A stretch of DNA of 64,000 nucleotides from Lama glama (lineage: Eukaryota), in contig CM052817.1 in NCBI GenBank assembly GCA_028534125.1, positions 85,438,001 to 85,502,000 on the forward strand. The letters are read 5' to 3'. Shown in pieces: positions 26,458-39,559 of the stretch. The position numbers and the translations under genes are program-made. The notes below the pieces were generated by a model. It had not been told where the DNA came from. It searched no databases and was given only the letters and a program-made list of their open reading frames with translations. Numbering within the stretch: the first letter of the stretch is position 1; each line of letters opens with the position of its first letter.

Positions 26458-27491
26458 CCCTAGAAGAAGTGGGGATACAGAGTTGAAATGACTGTAAGGT
26501 GACTTTGTGTGGAAGATCCAGGGCCAAGTCCAGATCATTCTTCCTCAGCACTTTAATACTTCTTCAGCTCAATTTTGAATATAAATTAGAATAATTTTAT
26601 TTATTAATATTTAGAAGTATTTAGAAAAAATAGATGATTTAAAAAATCTCTAGAATGTATGTAAAAACAAAATTATGGAAGCTAGTATTTTAATAAAGAA
26701 GACTTAAAATAGAATTAAGTATAAATAGCTAATAGTAAATGGTAAATAGAAGAATATAATTTGAGAAGATAATTGATATTTAAATAATTCTTAGAAGAGT
26801 AAACATATTAAGGAAAAGTTTAAAGAAGGCTCTGTGGTGAGTATAGAAGCGTAAGGGACTGCTTAAATTTGCTTATTGGGGCAAAGCTTTTTTTAAAAGT
26901 TATTATAGCAATCTAGCCTCAAGATTATAAAAACTGAAGCACTATGGAGAAGTACCAAATGTAAAGTATGCAAAATTATAAGTAATATTCCTTAGAGGTA
27001 GCCTCTTTGGGCCTTGTTTCTATTTAACTATTCTATTTTGTTCTTTATAACTCTAAGAAAATACATTCATACTCAGGGGTAACATTCAGTATTCTCAACA
27101 ACCAGTGCAGCAAAAGCACATCCCCGGCTGAATGAATGCTCACTAGTCTCGAAGTTACGCCAGTATTCGTCTCCTGAGTACCAGCTCTGTTTATATGTCT
27201 ATTGCCTACTTTATCATATGAAAGCATTTTCTAAGAACTTCCATGAATAAACATAAGTAATTTAGCTCATTAATGACCGTTTCCCCTTCACCTGTTCCCC
27301 CTTCCATTTTATTTATGATCTTTCTTCAGTTAACTTTAGATTTTATTGAGTTTTTCCCCATAGACGAATACAGTGGGAACTATCTTAAGGATGCCAGGAA
27401 TTAACTGTATTCTCTGATTTCTTTCTCTCTCTACCTCTCTCTCAATAGATAGATACATAGGTAGATATAGATATATAAATATAAATATATA

Positions 27492-27663
27492 CAGGCATAC
27501 CTGGAGATTCAGTACCAGACCACTGCAATAAAGCAAATATCTCAGTAAGGTAAGGCACATGAGTTTTTGATTTCCCAGTGCATATGAGTTATACTTACAC
27601 TGTGATGTAGTCCTTAAAAGTGCAATACCATTATGTCTAAGAAACAATGTACATATCTTTATT
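27492..27663 (-). mobile_element. Tigger1 terminal fragment
   Basis: TA followed by TIR 'caggcatacct', then 'accagaccactgcaataaagcaaatat...tttcccagtgcatat'. Confidence 0.85.
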
Positions 27664-28017
27664 AATTATCTGAGGCTCTGTTAAGTCATCTTTTTCATTC
27701 ACCTGATCTGTCATGGACTAAATCACCTACCAGTGATGTGTTTCTAATCTCTTACTTTTTCTGAGGATTTTATTTCATGAATATAGATGCTCTGTTTTCT
27801 CATATATTTTCTGACGTTATAATATTTATAAAACAAATATTTCTTGTGAACCGAATTTTTATCATTATAAAACCTTTTCCACGAATGAATTTTTTTGTCC
27901 TGATAAAAAACTGTCATACTAAAATTACAATCTATATTATGCCTTTACTCAACATTTGTTATAACTTTTCTGGATTCTCTGTTTAAAATGCACCTTGTAG
28001 TGATAATATATTTATCA

Positions 28018-28305
28018 TGCTTCCACTCTAAGATGACACAATAGAAATACTCTCATTCCTCCCAAGTACAACTAAAAACCCTTTAAATTATATTTAAAAC
28101 AAACATAAGAACAGTGTGAAAGCTGGAGAGAAGACTGACTGGCTAAGGACCTTGCCTATAGATCCAAGGAACTACTTGGTAGTGAGTTACCTGGGTTTTT
28201 TTCATTGACTCATATACCCCAGACTTGAAGCTGAGGAAGCCAGCAAACTGGAAATTCCAAAGGAAATGTATAAAAGAAAAAGCTTCTCCACTCTTCAGCC
28301 AATAA
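28018..28305 (+). mobile_element. L1MC/L1MD-type 5' end fragment
   Basis: 'ttcctcccaagtacaactaaaaaccc...aaacaaacataaga...gtgagttacctgggtttt...ccagacttgaagctgaggaagccagcaa'. Confidence 0.7.
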
Positions 28306-29153
28306 AATTCAATGTTTCTTGGAGCCACAGTTGTTTAACATTATATGTTCTAACTTTATTTTTAGAAATAGCAAATAAATTCTCAGGAAAAATAAAACAG
28401 GTAGTTTAAGTTTTAGATTGTTGGGATTTTTTGTTTTAAATTCAAAATGGAAGAAAATCTTACAGACTGATTTTTTTAGAAAATTTAAATCTTTTCTAAA
28501 AATGTATAGATGGGAAACTCTATTATGAATCAGCATTAAAGGAGTGGATTATTTGCTCTTCTGAATAAACATGTGACCCTCAGTGTGCATAAATACATTT
28601 CTTCTTTATTATTTCCACCTGTTTAAAGTAATGCAAAAGTTGATTGTTGATATGGTATGACAGTGCTGTTACCAGAAATACAACTATCGAATGTCAGTTA
28701 TCACAGAAGCACATTCATGTTTTGCCTTCTGATGACCATAATGATATATAATATATTTTGACCACCTACTTTATGCAAAACACAATCCTCGATTTGATAG
28801 GGAATGTAGAATAAAAATAAGATAGTTTCCTTTTATTGTTGTTGTTCTCAGGATACTCACAGTCTTACTTCCATATTATACCAACAGATGTCAAAATAAT
28901 GAAGAAAAATACTCTAAAATCGCAGTTTGTTTTATCACATAGTATTTTCCAATTTTTTGTATATCCTTATAAAATATTTAGCATGCATATTTATGTACTT
29001 ATTTATAATGTCTATATATGTACAATTGTATTAACACATATAGATTTCATAAAATACATAGAAATTAGAAATTGAAAAGGTAATATGAAAATACAATAAA
29101 TTAATGGTAAAAATGTAATTTAGATTATTAATGCACTTCATGAAGTAGAACTT

Positions 29154-29967
29154 TTTAAACTGAAGTATAGTTGACTTACAATGTGTTAGTTTCTTCTGTA
29201 CAGCATGATGATTCATTTTATTATAGATTATTATAAGATATCAAATATAGTTCCCTGTGCTATACAGTAGGACTTTGTTTATCAATTTTATATACAGTAG
29301 TCTGTATCATTTAATCCCAAACTCCTAATTTATCCCTGCCCTCTCCTCTTTCCCCTTTGGTAACCATAAGTATGTTTTCTATTTCTGTGAGTCTGTTTCA
29401 GTTTAGTAAATAAGTTTATTTGTATTATTTTTTTAGATTCCACATATAAGTGATATCATATGATATTGGTCTTTCCCTGTCTGATTTACTACACTTAGTA
29501 TGATAATTTCTAGGTATATCCATATTGCTGCAAATGGCATTATTTTATTCTTTTTAATGGCTGAGTAGTATTCCATTTTGTGTATATGCGTAAATACATA
29601 CCACATCTTTATCCAGTTGTCTGTCAGTGGACATTTAGGTTGCTTCCTTGTCTTGGCTATTGTAAATAGTGCTGCAATGAACATTGGAGTGCATGCATCT
29701 TTTTGAATTAGAGAGTTAGAGTTTACTCCTGATATATGCCTACGAGTAAGATTGCTAGATCATATGGTAACTGTATTTTTAGTTTTTAAAGCAGTTTCCA
29801 TACTATTTTCCATAGTGGCTGCACCAAATTACATTCCCATCAACAGTGTAGGAGGGTTATCTTTTCTCCACACACTCTCCAGCATTTATCATTTGTGGAC
29901 TTTTTCATGATGGCCATTCTGACTGGTGTGAGGTGATACCTCATTGTAGTTTGATTTGCATTTCTCT
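29154..29967 (-). mobile_element. 5'-truncated camelid/artiodactyl L1 with TSD
   Basis: ORF 29433-29684 (MFIAALFTIAKTRKQPKCP...) and ORF 29840-30025 ([14 protein letters not shown]...) are the L1 ORF2 C-terminus. TSD tgaagtagaactt (29141-29153) / tgaagtagatctt (29968-29980). Confidence 0.95.
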
Positions 29968-30711
29968 TGAAGTAGATCTTAATTGCATATAATCCTCCTG
30001 AAATTATTTTGAATTTGGGGGCCATATTTCAAGTAGGTTTGATAATTTTTTGTCAACCCTTTTTTAAGATTTCATTTTTAAATCTTTAAATATGATTAAA
30101 GTACATCCAGTACATCTTCTGGTGGCTTGTTTTTTTACTTCATATTAGTATTATCTTCAACAATATGTACTTAAACTACATATCAACTGAAATGTTTCAA
30201 AGCATTGAAAGAACCTAAAAGTTGAAAGTAGAGCTCTCATTCCTTTCTTAGGATTTACCACGTACCACATGAGATGCATACAACTGAGCATCTGACATTG
30301 GAAACTGTGTAGATACAGTAAAATGTAAAATGTTTTCTTTTATTTTTAATTAATTAAATTAAATAAATTAAACCTCTTTTCTATATCTACTAAATTCCTT
30401 TTGCCACCAATTTTTAGTCACCATTTTGGAAACCAGTGACACACGTTACAGATGAAATAGGAGCATATAGAAAGATAAGATAAATTCTGGCATAATTGGG
30501 AAAATCTTTACAAAGGAGAGAATGACAGAACTGGACATAAATGGATTGGTATAACTTAAACACTGGTGAGAAATGAAATAGTCTGTGAAGACCATTTAGC
30601 AATAAGCACCATGGATATAAATTGAAAGCATGGAATAGAAAGGTCTGGGTAGAGAAGAGATTCTTGTTATGAGGTATCACTCAGAATAACAGTTGGCTCT
30701 GTGGCTTTTTT

Positions 30712-33074
30712 GTTGTTGTTGATTCATTCTTTTTTTTTTTTTTAATTAAGACTTCACTTTTTACAGCAGTTTTTAGGTTCACAGCAAAATAGAGGGAAAG
30801 ATATAGAGATTCCCATATATCCCCTGCTCCCAGGCATGCACTGACTCCCCCATTATTAGTATCCCCCACCAGAGTGGTATATTTGTTACAGTTAATGAAC
30901 CTACACCAACACATCACTGGAGGTTCATAGATCACATTATGGTCCACTCTTGGTATTATGCATTCAATATCTTTGGACACATGAATAATGATATGTATTC
31001 ATCATTATAGAAACTGATATTTTCTACTCCCTAAAATACTCTGTGTTCTGCTTATTCATTCCTTCCCACTTCTTCCAAACCCTTACAACCTCTGATCTTT
31101 TTATTGTCTTCATAATTTTGCCTTTTTCACATTATCATGTTGTTGGAATAATTGGCTTTGTAGCCTTTTTAGATTGGCTTCTTTCAGTTAGTAATATGCA
31201 TTTATGGTTTCTCCATGTGTTTTTATGGCTTGACAGCTCTTTTCTTTTTAGCACTGAATAATATTCCATTGTCTAGATGTACCACAGTTTGTCCATTCAC
31301 CTACTGAAGAACATCTTTATTACTTCTAAGTTTTGGCAATTGTGAGTAAAGTTTCCTGTGAAGATCTGTGCACAGGTTTTTGTGTAGACATATTGTCAAT
31401 CCTTTGAGTAAATACCGAAGGAGTGTGATTGATGGATCACATGGTAAGAGTGTGTTTAGTTTTATAAGAAGCTGCCAAACTGTATTCCAAAGCACTGTAC
31501 CATTTTGTATCCCCAGGAGCAATGATTGAGAACTCCTTTGCTCCTCATCTTTATCAGTCTTTGGTGCTGTCAGTGATCTGAATTTTAACCATTCTAGTGG
31601 GATCTCTCTCTCTCTCTCTTTTTTTTTTAACCTTTCAGTTCCCTGATAACATATAAAGTAAAGCATCTTTTTATATGCCATTTACTCAACTGCATATTTC
31701 TGTGATAAGGTATCTGTTAAGCTCTTGGCCCAGTTTTTAATAGGATTGTTTATTTTCTTATCCTTGAGTTTTCAGAGTTCTTTACATATTTTGGACAAGA
31801 GTTCTCTATCAGAGGTGTCTTAGCAAGTATTTTCTCTGTGGCTTGTCTTACTCTCATGACATTGCCTTTCACAGATCAGAAGTTTAAAATTTTAATGACA
31901 TCCAGTTTGTCAATGATTTCTTTCATGAATTATGCCTTTATTCTTATAGGTAAAAAAGTCATTGGCATACACAAGGTCATCTAGGGCTTTTTCAATGTTT
32001 TCTTCTAGGAATTTTAGTTTTATGTTTTATATTTAGATCTGTGATCCACTTTGAGTCAATTTTTTGTGAAAGGTATGAAGTCTATGGCTAGGTTCATTTT
32101 GTTGCCTGTGAATATCCAGTTTTTCCAGCACCATTTGTTAAACAGACTATCCTTTCTTCATTGTGTTACCCTTACTCCTTTGCCAAAAAAAAAAAAAGTC
32201 AATTGACTGTATGTATGTGGGTCTATATCTGGGCTCTCTATTCTGTTCCATTGATCTATTTGTCTATTATTTCACCAATACCACATTGTCTTGATTACTG
32301 TAGCTTTATAAGAAGTCTTGAATTTGAGTAGTGTCACTTTTTCAACTTTGTTCTTTTCCTTCAATATTGTTTTGACTATTTTGTGTCTTTTGCCTCTCTG
32401 TGTAAACTTTAGAATCAGTTGGTCAATATCCATAAAATAGCTTTTTGGATTTTGAGCACGACTGCATTAAATCTACAGTCAAGTTGTGAAGAACTTATAT
32501 TTTGTCAATAGTGTCTTCTTACATGTGAACATGGAATGTCATTCCATTTATTTAGTTCTTTGATTTTACTCATTTGAGTTTTGTAGTTTCCCTCATATAG
32601 ATCTTATACATTTTTTTTAGATTTATACCTAAATATTTTATTTTTTGGAGTGCTAATGTAAATGGTATTGTGTTTTCAGTTTTAAATTCCACTTGTTTAT
32701 TGTTGATATATAGGAAAGCAGTTAACTTTTGTATATTAATTTTGTATCATTTAACCTTGCTATCATCACTTATTGTTTTTTTGCAATTATTTTTAATTTT
32801 CTACATAGATTATGTTATCTTTGAACAATGCCAGCTTTATTTCCTTCTTCTCTGTCTGTATGCCTTTTATTTCCTTTTCTTGTCTTATTTAATTAGCTAA
32901 AACTTCCAGTACAATGCTGAAAAGGAGTGGTGGGAGTGGATATTCTTGCCTTGTGCCTGATCTTAGTGGGAAAGCTTCAGTTTCTCATCGTTAATTATGA
33001 TATTAGTTGTAGGGTTTTACAGATGTTATCAAGTTGAGGAATTTACCCTCTGTTCCTAGTTTACTGAGAGTTTT
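30712..33074 (-). mobile_element. L1MC1/2-type 3' end with about 1.5 kb of ORF2
   Basis: 'ttacagcagtttttaggttcacagcaaaat...cccccaccagagtggtatatttgttaca' 3' UTR; ORF2 antisense text through to 'cttgtgcctgatcttagtgggaaagc'. Confidence 0.9.
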
Positions 33075-33410
33075 GCTCAGTAGTTTTTCAAAACAGAACT
33101 TCTTCTCACTCACATAAAAGTCATTCCAGATTCAGGTGTCTCTCAATGTAGCTTTCCTCCATGTGGTGACTCAGGGTTAAGTTTTATTTTTGTGTAACCT
33201 CAAAATCAACAAATATTATGGTAACCACTTTGAGGGAAAAGAGCATGAGGAACTGAATGCCTGTTATTAAATATATATTTATGAAAATTACGTTTAAATT
33301 AAAGAAAGTTACTTTGTCATACTTAATTTCAAAGGCACAGAGAAATATAAGAACCCATATTTCCAAATAATGAGAAAATCCAGATATGTTGGTAATTAAT
33401 AGTAATGCCT
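33075..33410 (-). mobile_element. MaLR LTR (MLT1K-like) split by the L1MC
   Basis: 'ctcagtagttttt...ttcttctcactcacata...ctccatgtggtgactcaggg'. Confidence 0.5.
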
Positions 33411-35121
33411 AAAATAAAACTTTCATTAAAATATGGTAGATTCAGTTTAGGAAGTTAATACAAATAGGTGAGAATAAATAAAAATATGGCAACAACAACA
33501 AAAAAACTAACAACAATGGAACAGAGAGATCTATAATTCTCCCCACCAAGGCAGGGAAACACTGCAGCTGACATTGCAATTGAGAAAGATACTCGAAACT
33601 TTCACAGGAATGGAAAAAGATAACTATATTCACCATTTGAAACTATTAGCTTTCTTAATTTCAAAGATGATTGTGTACTTTTTGAAGAGTATTCTTTAGT
33701 TAGAATTTAGCTATAGAGACTGTACTGAGCGAGTTTCGATTCTGGAGGAAAAAATAATTGAACATAAGCAATCTAATAGGGCAGTCATATTAACTAGAGA
33801 ATGCAATTTTTTATAATTAACTAATAGGATTCTTACATTCATTATTCATTTTTCTAAATTTTACATTTTGAAGGAACAATAGGCACAGTAAATCTTATGC
33901 AAAATCATCCCTACATATTTATTAATGGAAATACTATTTGTAAGCAGAAAGGGACCATCTTGAAGGCCATTATGTTAGATATTATTTGCAGATGCTAGGC
34001 CTGAAGATAAATCTTTATGGATTGGAGATGAATCTAATAAGGTTTTTAAAAGATTTTTAATATCTGTCAATTAAAATGACAAATGATGTAGAGATTGACT
34101 ACTACTGAAATGACATCAGCTGACAGCTGAGAACATAACACTACAAGGAAATAAAAAGCTCAACACCTACAGATACATTTAACGGGAGGTATTTCAACCT
34201 GGAGCATTTTTGAATGCGTACTGTGCAACTAGACAGGACTATTATTTATTGTGAGAAGCATTATGCTTCAAATAAATTTAAGAGCTCATAAGCATCGTAA
34301 AAATATATCACTTAGAAATTATACATATGATTTAGTATCAGTACTGAAAGCTGTGAAAATCTGACATGCTGTTTCCTATTTTCATATTACAAACCAGCTC
34401 AACGGAACTTACATCCTTTTTGGAACTTTATGGCCTTCAACTATCTGTTCTGAAATCAACAAACACTGATGAAACATTTTTTGAAATGCACATATACATT
34501 ATGTAATTGAACAGCCATGCCCCTATTAAACAAGACTCATCTCTCAAATTGTTAAAAGTCACATGAACATCTATATATACATTAAAATAAATATTAATTT
34601 AATTAGAGCTTTTTCATCCCATTTTTCAACAATTTAGATTAAGTAATATGTTATACTTTCTCACTTGAATAACAACAAAAGACATATGATCATAGAGAAC
34701 TCCTTAGTATATAATTGATATATAAGTCCAAATGGTAGTATTCAAGGCAGCCAGCTAGATAAGTTGCTTTGAATTTGAAGTCTTACTATGGAAAATGTTA
34801 ACACTGGTGGTTAATTACTCAGTCTAGCCCATAGAGTAATTTCTGATCTAGGCATATGTATTTCTATATTCCTTTTTGTCTCCTGGTGGGTGGATCTTCT
34901 GTATAAATTTGTTTTTATTTTTATGTAAGTTTGTTGAACTTATTTCAGAAAATTTGGAGAAAAGCAGAACTAAGAGCAGTCACCAGTTTCACCACCCAAA
35001 GAAGAAAACCACAGTTAACATTATGGAGTATACTTCTTCAGTTTTCAATCAATGCATAATTTAATTTGCCTTTTTTTAAATGTATTGCCAGTCATTCTGA
35101 ATATGAAATTTAAACTCTTAA

Positions 35122-35290
35122 GTTTTTATTGACTTACAACGTATTAGTTTCAGGTGTACAACAAAATGATTCAGTATTTGCATATATTGCGGAATGATCA
35201 CGACAACAAGTTTAGTTAACATCCAGCACCACACAGAGTTACACATTTCTTGTCATGAGGATTTCGATTTTTAAGATATACTAGCAAATA
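35122..35290 (-). mobile_element. Short L1MA9-like 3' terminus
   Basis: 'attagtttcaggtgtacaacaaaatgattcagtatttgcatatattgcggaatgatcacgacaacaagtttagttaacatcc'. Confidence 0.85.
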
Positions 35291-36136
35291 CTTTAATGTT
35301 TTTATGGAAGCCAACAAAAAAGTCAATTTGACAGAAGGTGAAACTTGAAGGCTTTCCTCTATCTATACCAAATAGAAAACAAACAGAAACAATATTTGAG
35401 GAGAACAGAGAAAATAATGAGTACTTTGAGAAAATATATTCAAGCAAAAACAAAATATGGAATAGTTTTTACTGTCATGACAAAATAGATGCATGTGCAA
35501 AATAAACCAATAAATCATACAACTTGAGAAGAGCTTTGGGTTCATCTGTTTCACAACTTCATTTTACAGATGATGAGATTGAGATTTAAGTGTTTTTCTC
35601 GTGTTTTTTTTTTGTTTGTTTGTTTCTTTTTTTTTTTTCTGAGCTATTTATGCAACCATTTGTGGGTAGACTTGGGACTCTAGTGCTGGCTTTAGTTTGA
35701 ATGTTTGCTGTTGTTTTCTTTTCAGATATCAAGTGGAATCCAGTTGTTTGAAGAAGCAATGTGATTGAAGCGTAATTTGTAAAACATTTTCCTGAGGTCA
35801 TATTGGCATTTAGCTTATAATTTCTTATTTGGTACATTATAATATAAAAGGAGTTTATCCTTGGCATTGGCAGTTTTAGACAATAATAATGGGATGATAC
35901 TGAGGAAACAAGACAGTCTTTTTCTGCCCTATTTGATAGACCAGGGCATCTCATGATTCAGTGACTCGAAAATTAGGTGAGTCATTTCAGAACTAAAGCA
36001 CATTTTAAAGAACGAAGGTGAGATTTTCTGAATTCACTGAGTATTAATCAGGCTAGAGCAGCAATAGGAGAACATGGCGTATTTTTCACAAATTCCGTTA
36101 GCGTGTAATACCAGATAGCATGAAAGAAAAATCATG

Positions 36137-36550
36137 TTTTTTCTAGTTATAGTCAGATCTTTATTTAAAAATCTGATCTGCCAACTTAGTGTTTTCCACC
36201 AACTTGGGGCACAGAAACTTTTACATGCTTCACAGTCTTTTGCTTAGATGCTGCCTTTGTGGGATCCTTTGCAGCAGCCATGGCTATGTTTCTAGATACT
36301 TGCTTAGCCTTTTCTGCTTCCTTGGCAGCTCTGATAGCCTGTTCTCATTGAGCCTTCCTAACTTCAGGTTTCTGATTCCACCTGTCATTATATCAGCAAG
36401 AGATGCACCAGTTATGGCCCTCTGGAATTTGAATGCATGGCGGGTTCTTTTATTTTATTTTTAAAAATTTCTTCGGACTGTCCCTTTTTGTGCTTTCTTC
36501 TGTAGAGGACAGTCCAGTTGATCAGCCGAGGATTCCCCTTGGAAAGGAAT
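36137..36550 (-). pseudogene. RPL24: 5'-truncated processed pseudogene of 60S ribosomal protein L24 (eL24)
   Basis: Minus strand translates [28 protein letters not shown] / [21 protein letters not shown] / [62 protein letters not shown]. It is intronless, with two frameshifts, an internal TGA at 36345-36347, stop at 36186-36188, AATAAA at 36160-36165 and a short A tail. Confidence 0.97.
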
Positions 36551-36973
36551 TGTGGTGTATATATGCATTATGGTTCCATTATGAAGTTCTGCAAACTATG
36601 AACCTCATGCCACAGACAATGATAAGATCAATTTTACATTTCAGAAGAGCACTCTGATAGATTGGAAGAGTGCAAACTAAAGGCCAGATTATCGGTGAGT
36701 AGGAGTAGTCTTCTGAAATAACATAGGCAAGAAGATTTTTCCCTGTGAGAGGGGAAAAAAATAAAGAAAGAAAGAGATAGGAGAGTCAGAAGGAGGTTGC
36801 CACCAGAGTAAAGAGGTATAAGAAGGAAAGAGGTGAAGGTGTCAACTGTTGTTGACACTAGGAGATCTGAGCTGAGGCATTATTGCTCCAGGGCTGCCAC
36901 GCTCTACTGCCAGAATGTGTCGCAGATTTCTCCATTTTCAAATCCATCCTTCTTCTTCCTAACAAAACATCTT

Positions 36974-37054
36974 GGTTTTTCTTTTTTTTAAATTGAAGTA
37001 CAGTCAGTTTACAATGTTGCATCAATTTCTGGTGTACAGCATAATGTTTCAGTC

Positions 37055-37085
<31 letters not shown>

Positions 37086-37466
37086 TATTCCTTTTCATAC
37101 TCTTCGTCATTATAGTTACTACAAGATATTGAAAATAGTTCCCTGTGCTATGCCATAGAAATTTGTTGTTTATTTATTTTATATATAGTAGTTACTATCT
37201 GCAAATCTCAAACTCCCAATTTATCCCTTACTACCCCTGTTCCCTGATGGTGACCATAAGTTTGTTTTCTATGTCTGAATCTGTTTCTGTTTTGTAGACA
37301 AGTTCATTTATGTCTTTTTTTTTTCAGATTTCACATAAAAGTGGTATCATATGGTAATTTTCTTTCTTTCTGGTTTACTTCACTTAGGATGATGATCTCC
37401 AGGTCCACTCATGCTGCTGCAAATGACATTATTGTATTCGTTTGTATGGCTGAATAGTATCCCATT
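36974..37466 (-). mobile_element. 5'-truncated camelid L1 3' end with perfect 15-bp TSD
   Basis: 'attgaagtacagtcagttttacaatg...tgcaaatctcaaactcccaatttatccc'; TSD ctaacaaaacatctt at 36959-36973 and 37467-37481. Confidence 0.95.
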
Positions 37467-37564
37467 CTAACAAAACATCTTAAACTCCTTGCGGTTCATC
37501 TCAGCCTTTCTATTGTTGTTTTATCTTTGCCTGATTTTTATAATTTTTATAATCTCTATTTCTC

Positions 37565-37710
37565 TTTTCTGTAAAATATGATAACTTTATAGTGGGCAAA
37601 TTCAGTTACTTATCATCAGATTATTGTCAGGATTACATGAGGAAATTAATGTATCATGTTCTGTGCCATGTTTGGTACATGTTAATCCCTGAAGAATCAG
37701 TAGGTATTTA
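37565..37710 (+). mobile_element. MIR 3' half
   Basis: 'ctgtaaaatatgataac...ttattgtcaggattacatgag...tttggtacatg'. Confidence 0.55.
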
Positions 37711-37717
37711 AATATTT

Positions 37718-37848
37718 TACTCAGTTCATCAATTAAGATGTTAAACTCTTCCACAAACCCTCTCACAGATGCGCCAGGAAATAATGCTTTACCAGCTATC
37801 TGGGCATCCCTCAGCCCAGTAAGTGGACACGTAAAGTTAACCATCACA
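37718..37848 (-). mobile_element. MLT2 (MLT2D-like) LTR 5' fragment
   Basis: Reverse complement begins TGTGATGGTTAACTTTACGTGTCCACTTACTGGGCTGAGGGATGCCCAGATAGCTGGTAAAGCATTATTTCC. Confidence 0.9.
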
Positions 37849-37849
37849 T

Positions 37850-38780
37850 TTTCTTTACTTATTTAAGCATTTTTAGTTTAGTTATTTCATCATATTTTAA
37901 TGGTTACATTGACGTCTTTATCCGTTAAATCCAACATCTCGTTTCTTCCAAATTAATTTTCCATTGCCTTTTTTTTTTTCTAGTCTATGGATCACTTTCT
38001 CCTTGTTACTTTGCATTTCTTATACATTTTTTAAAATTTAAAACTAGACATTTTAGGAAATATTGTAATCACTTTGATGTTGCCACCACCCTCCTCAGGA
38101 ATTGTTAATACCCTTCCCTTGTTTGTTGAGTGACTGGCTGGATTACTTCAGCGAAATCTGTTTCCACTGAGCTGTGAAGACTCTGATGGGGTTCATCAGA
38201 GGGCACAGTCTTGGGCATGAGCACAGTCTCCCTGAGGTGACAGTGGTTTTTGTGGGGCTGTCTATGATATGCTTTATTCTTACCACACTCTGCTGTTAAG
38301 CTCCCCTAATTGATGACTGAGTGTTTTATTGCTATCAATCACATTCTGGGGAATACTTTGCTCCAAAGAGGAAGTCAGCTAAAATCAGGCCTCTTTGCAA
38401 GGACGTTTTGTATGTCAGTCAGTGTTTGAGATTTGTTGTGACCTCAAGAAGATTCTTCTTAGATCTTTCCCTGAATCTCACTGATAAACTGTCTATCCTA
38501 TGGATAGTTATATCTCTAATGAAGCTACAAGTCTCATCTTAACTTCTTTGCTCCAAAAGGAGCTCCCTTAGGCTTGAAATTCCCTACACTGTGTTTCAGT
38601 TAAATTTAGTTATTTGGGGAAAAGCTTCATAGCTCTGCTTTTATGTCTCCCCTGGGCAAAACTTTTGAGCCAGGGCTGGCTCTACATCTCAGTGTGGGGA
38701 CAGTGGTATGCTTCACTCTTGAGTTGCTGAGCATTGGGTATAGGATGGTAGCATCTGGTCTTAGCTGGCCTTTACTAGTA
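37850..38780 (-). mobile_element. Old L1 5' UTR / ORF1 start region
   Basis: 'gtctttatccgttaaatccaacatct...aaactagacattttagga...gtttgttgagtgactggctggattacttcag'. Confidence 0.6.
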
Positions 38781-39255
38781 TATGTGTATACACATGAATC
38801 ATTTATACCAGAAATCCTACTTTGGAGAACATCTTGTGGAAAAAATCAGGATAAATGCCTAACTACAAAACTGTTAGACCAAATTATATGTGCATTTTAT
38901 AATTGACTAATTATTATAAATTGCTTTCTATAAATGTTAAACCTGTTTATCCAAAAAGTGGATAAGATGTGACCATTTTCTCACACTCATCAACTCTAAT
39001 TAATATGAAGCTATAAAATATTTACAGTATGGTAGATGAAAAATAGCATGTCTTGGTTTGAAAAACTAAAATTTAATAATGGGTGAGGGTGAACGCCTTT
39101 ACAAATATTTGCGTTCCTTCTGTGTATTTTTCCTGGAAACTGCTTTTTATATCATTGGTCTGTAAAAGTACTGAAAAATAACATTTCTTGGAACAAAATG
39201 AAATGGAAGCAAACAAAAGGCCTTCCTTTCTCATTCCCTCTCCTCTGTCTCTTTT

Positions 39256-39513
39256 CTGTTGACCCTTGAACAACATACGTTTGAATTCCCTCAGTCCACT
39301 TACATGCGGATATTTTTCAATAAATATACAGTGGGCCTACTGTATTCACAGGTTTCCCATCTGAGGATTCAACCAATCAAGAATTGAAATTTCCATCTGC
39401 AATCGGTTGAATCCATGGATGCCAACTCCAGTATCCCGCGGGCTGACTGTGGGATTTAAGTAAACTTCAGGGGCTCCTAGAACCAATTCCCTGCAGATCC
39501 CAAAGGATAACTG
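39256..39513 (+). mobile_element. MER2B-like Tigger2-family MITE followed by (TG)n
   Basis: 5' end 'ctgttgacccttgaacaacatacgtttgaa'; 3' end 'ctagaaccaattccctgcagatcccaaaggataactg'. Confidence 0.85.
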
Positions 39514-39559
39514 TGTGTGGGTTTGTGTGTGTGTGTGTGTGTGTGTAAAACTTTATATA

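Noticed and set aside
29433..30025. Protein-like ORFs (83 and 61 aa)
   Set aside because: L1 ORF2 C-terminal remnants, not host genes.
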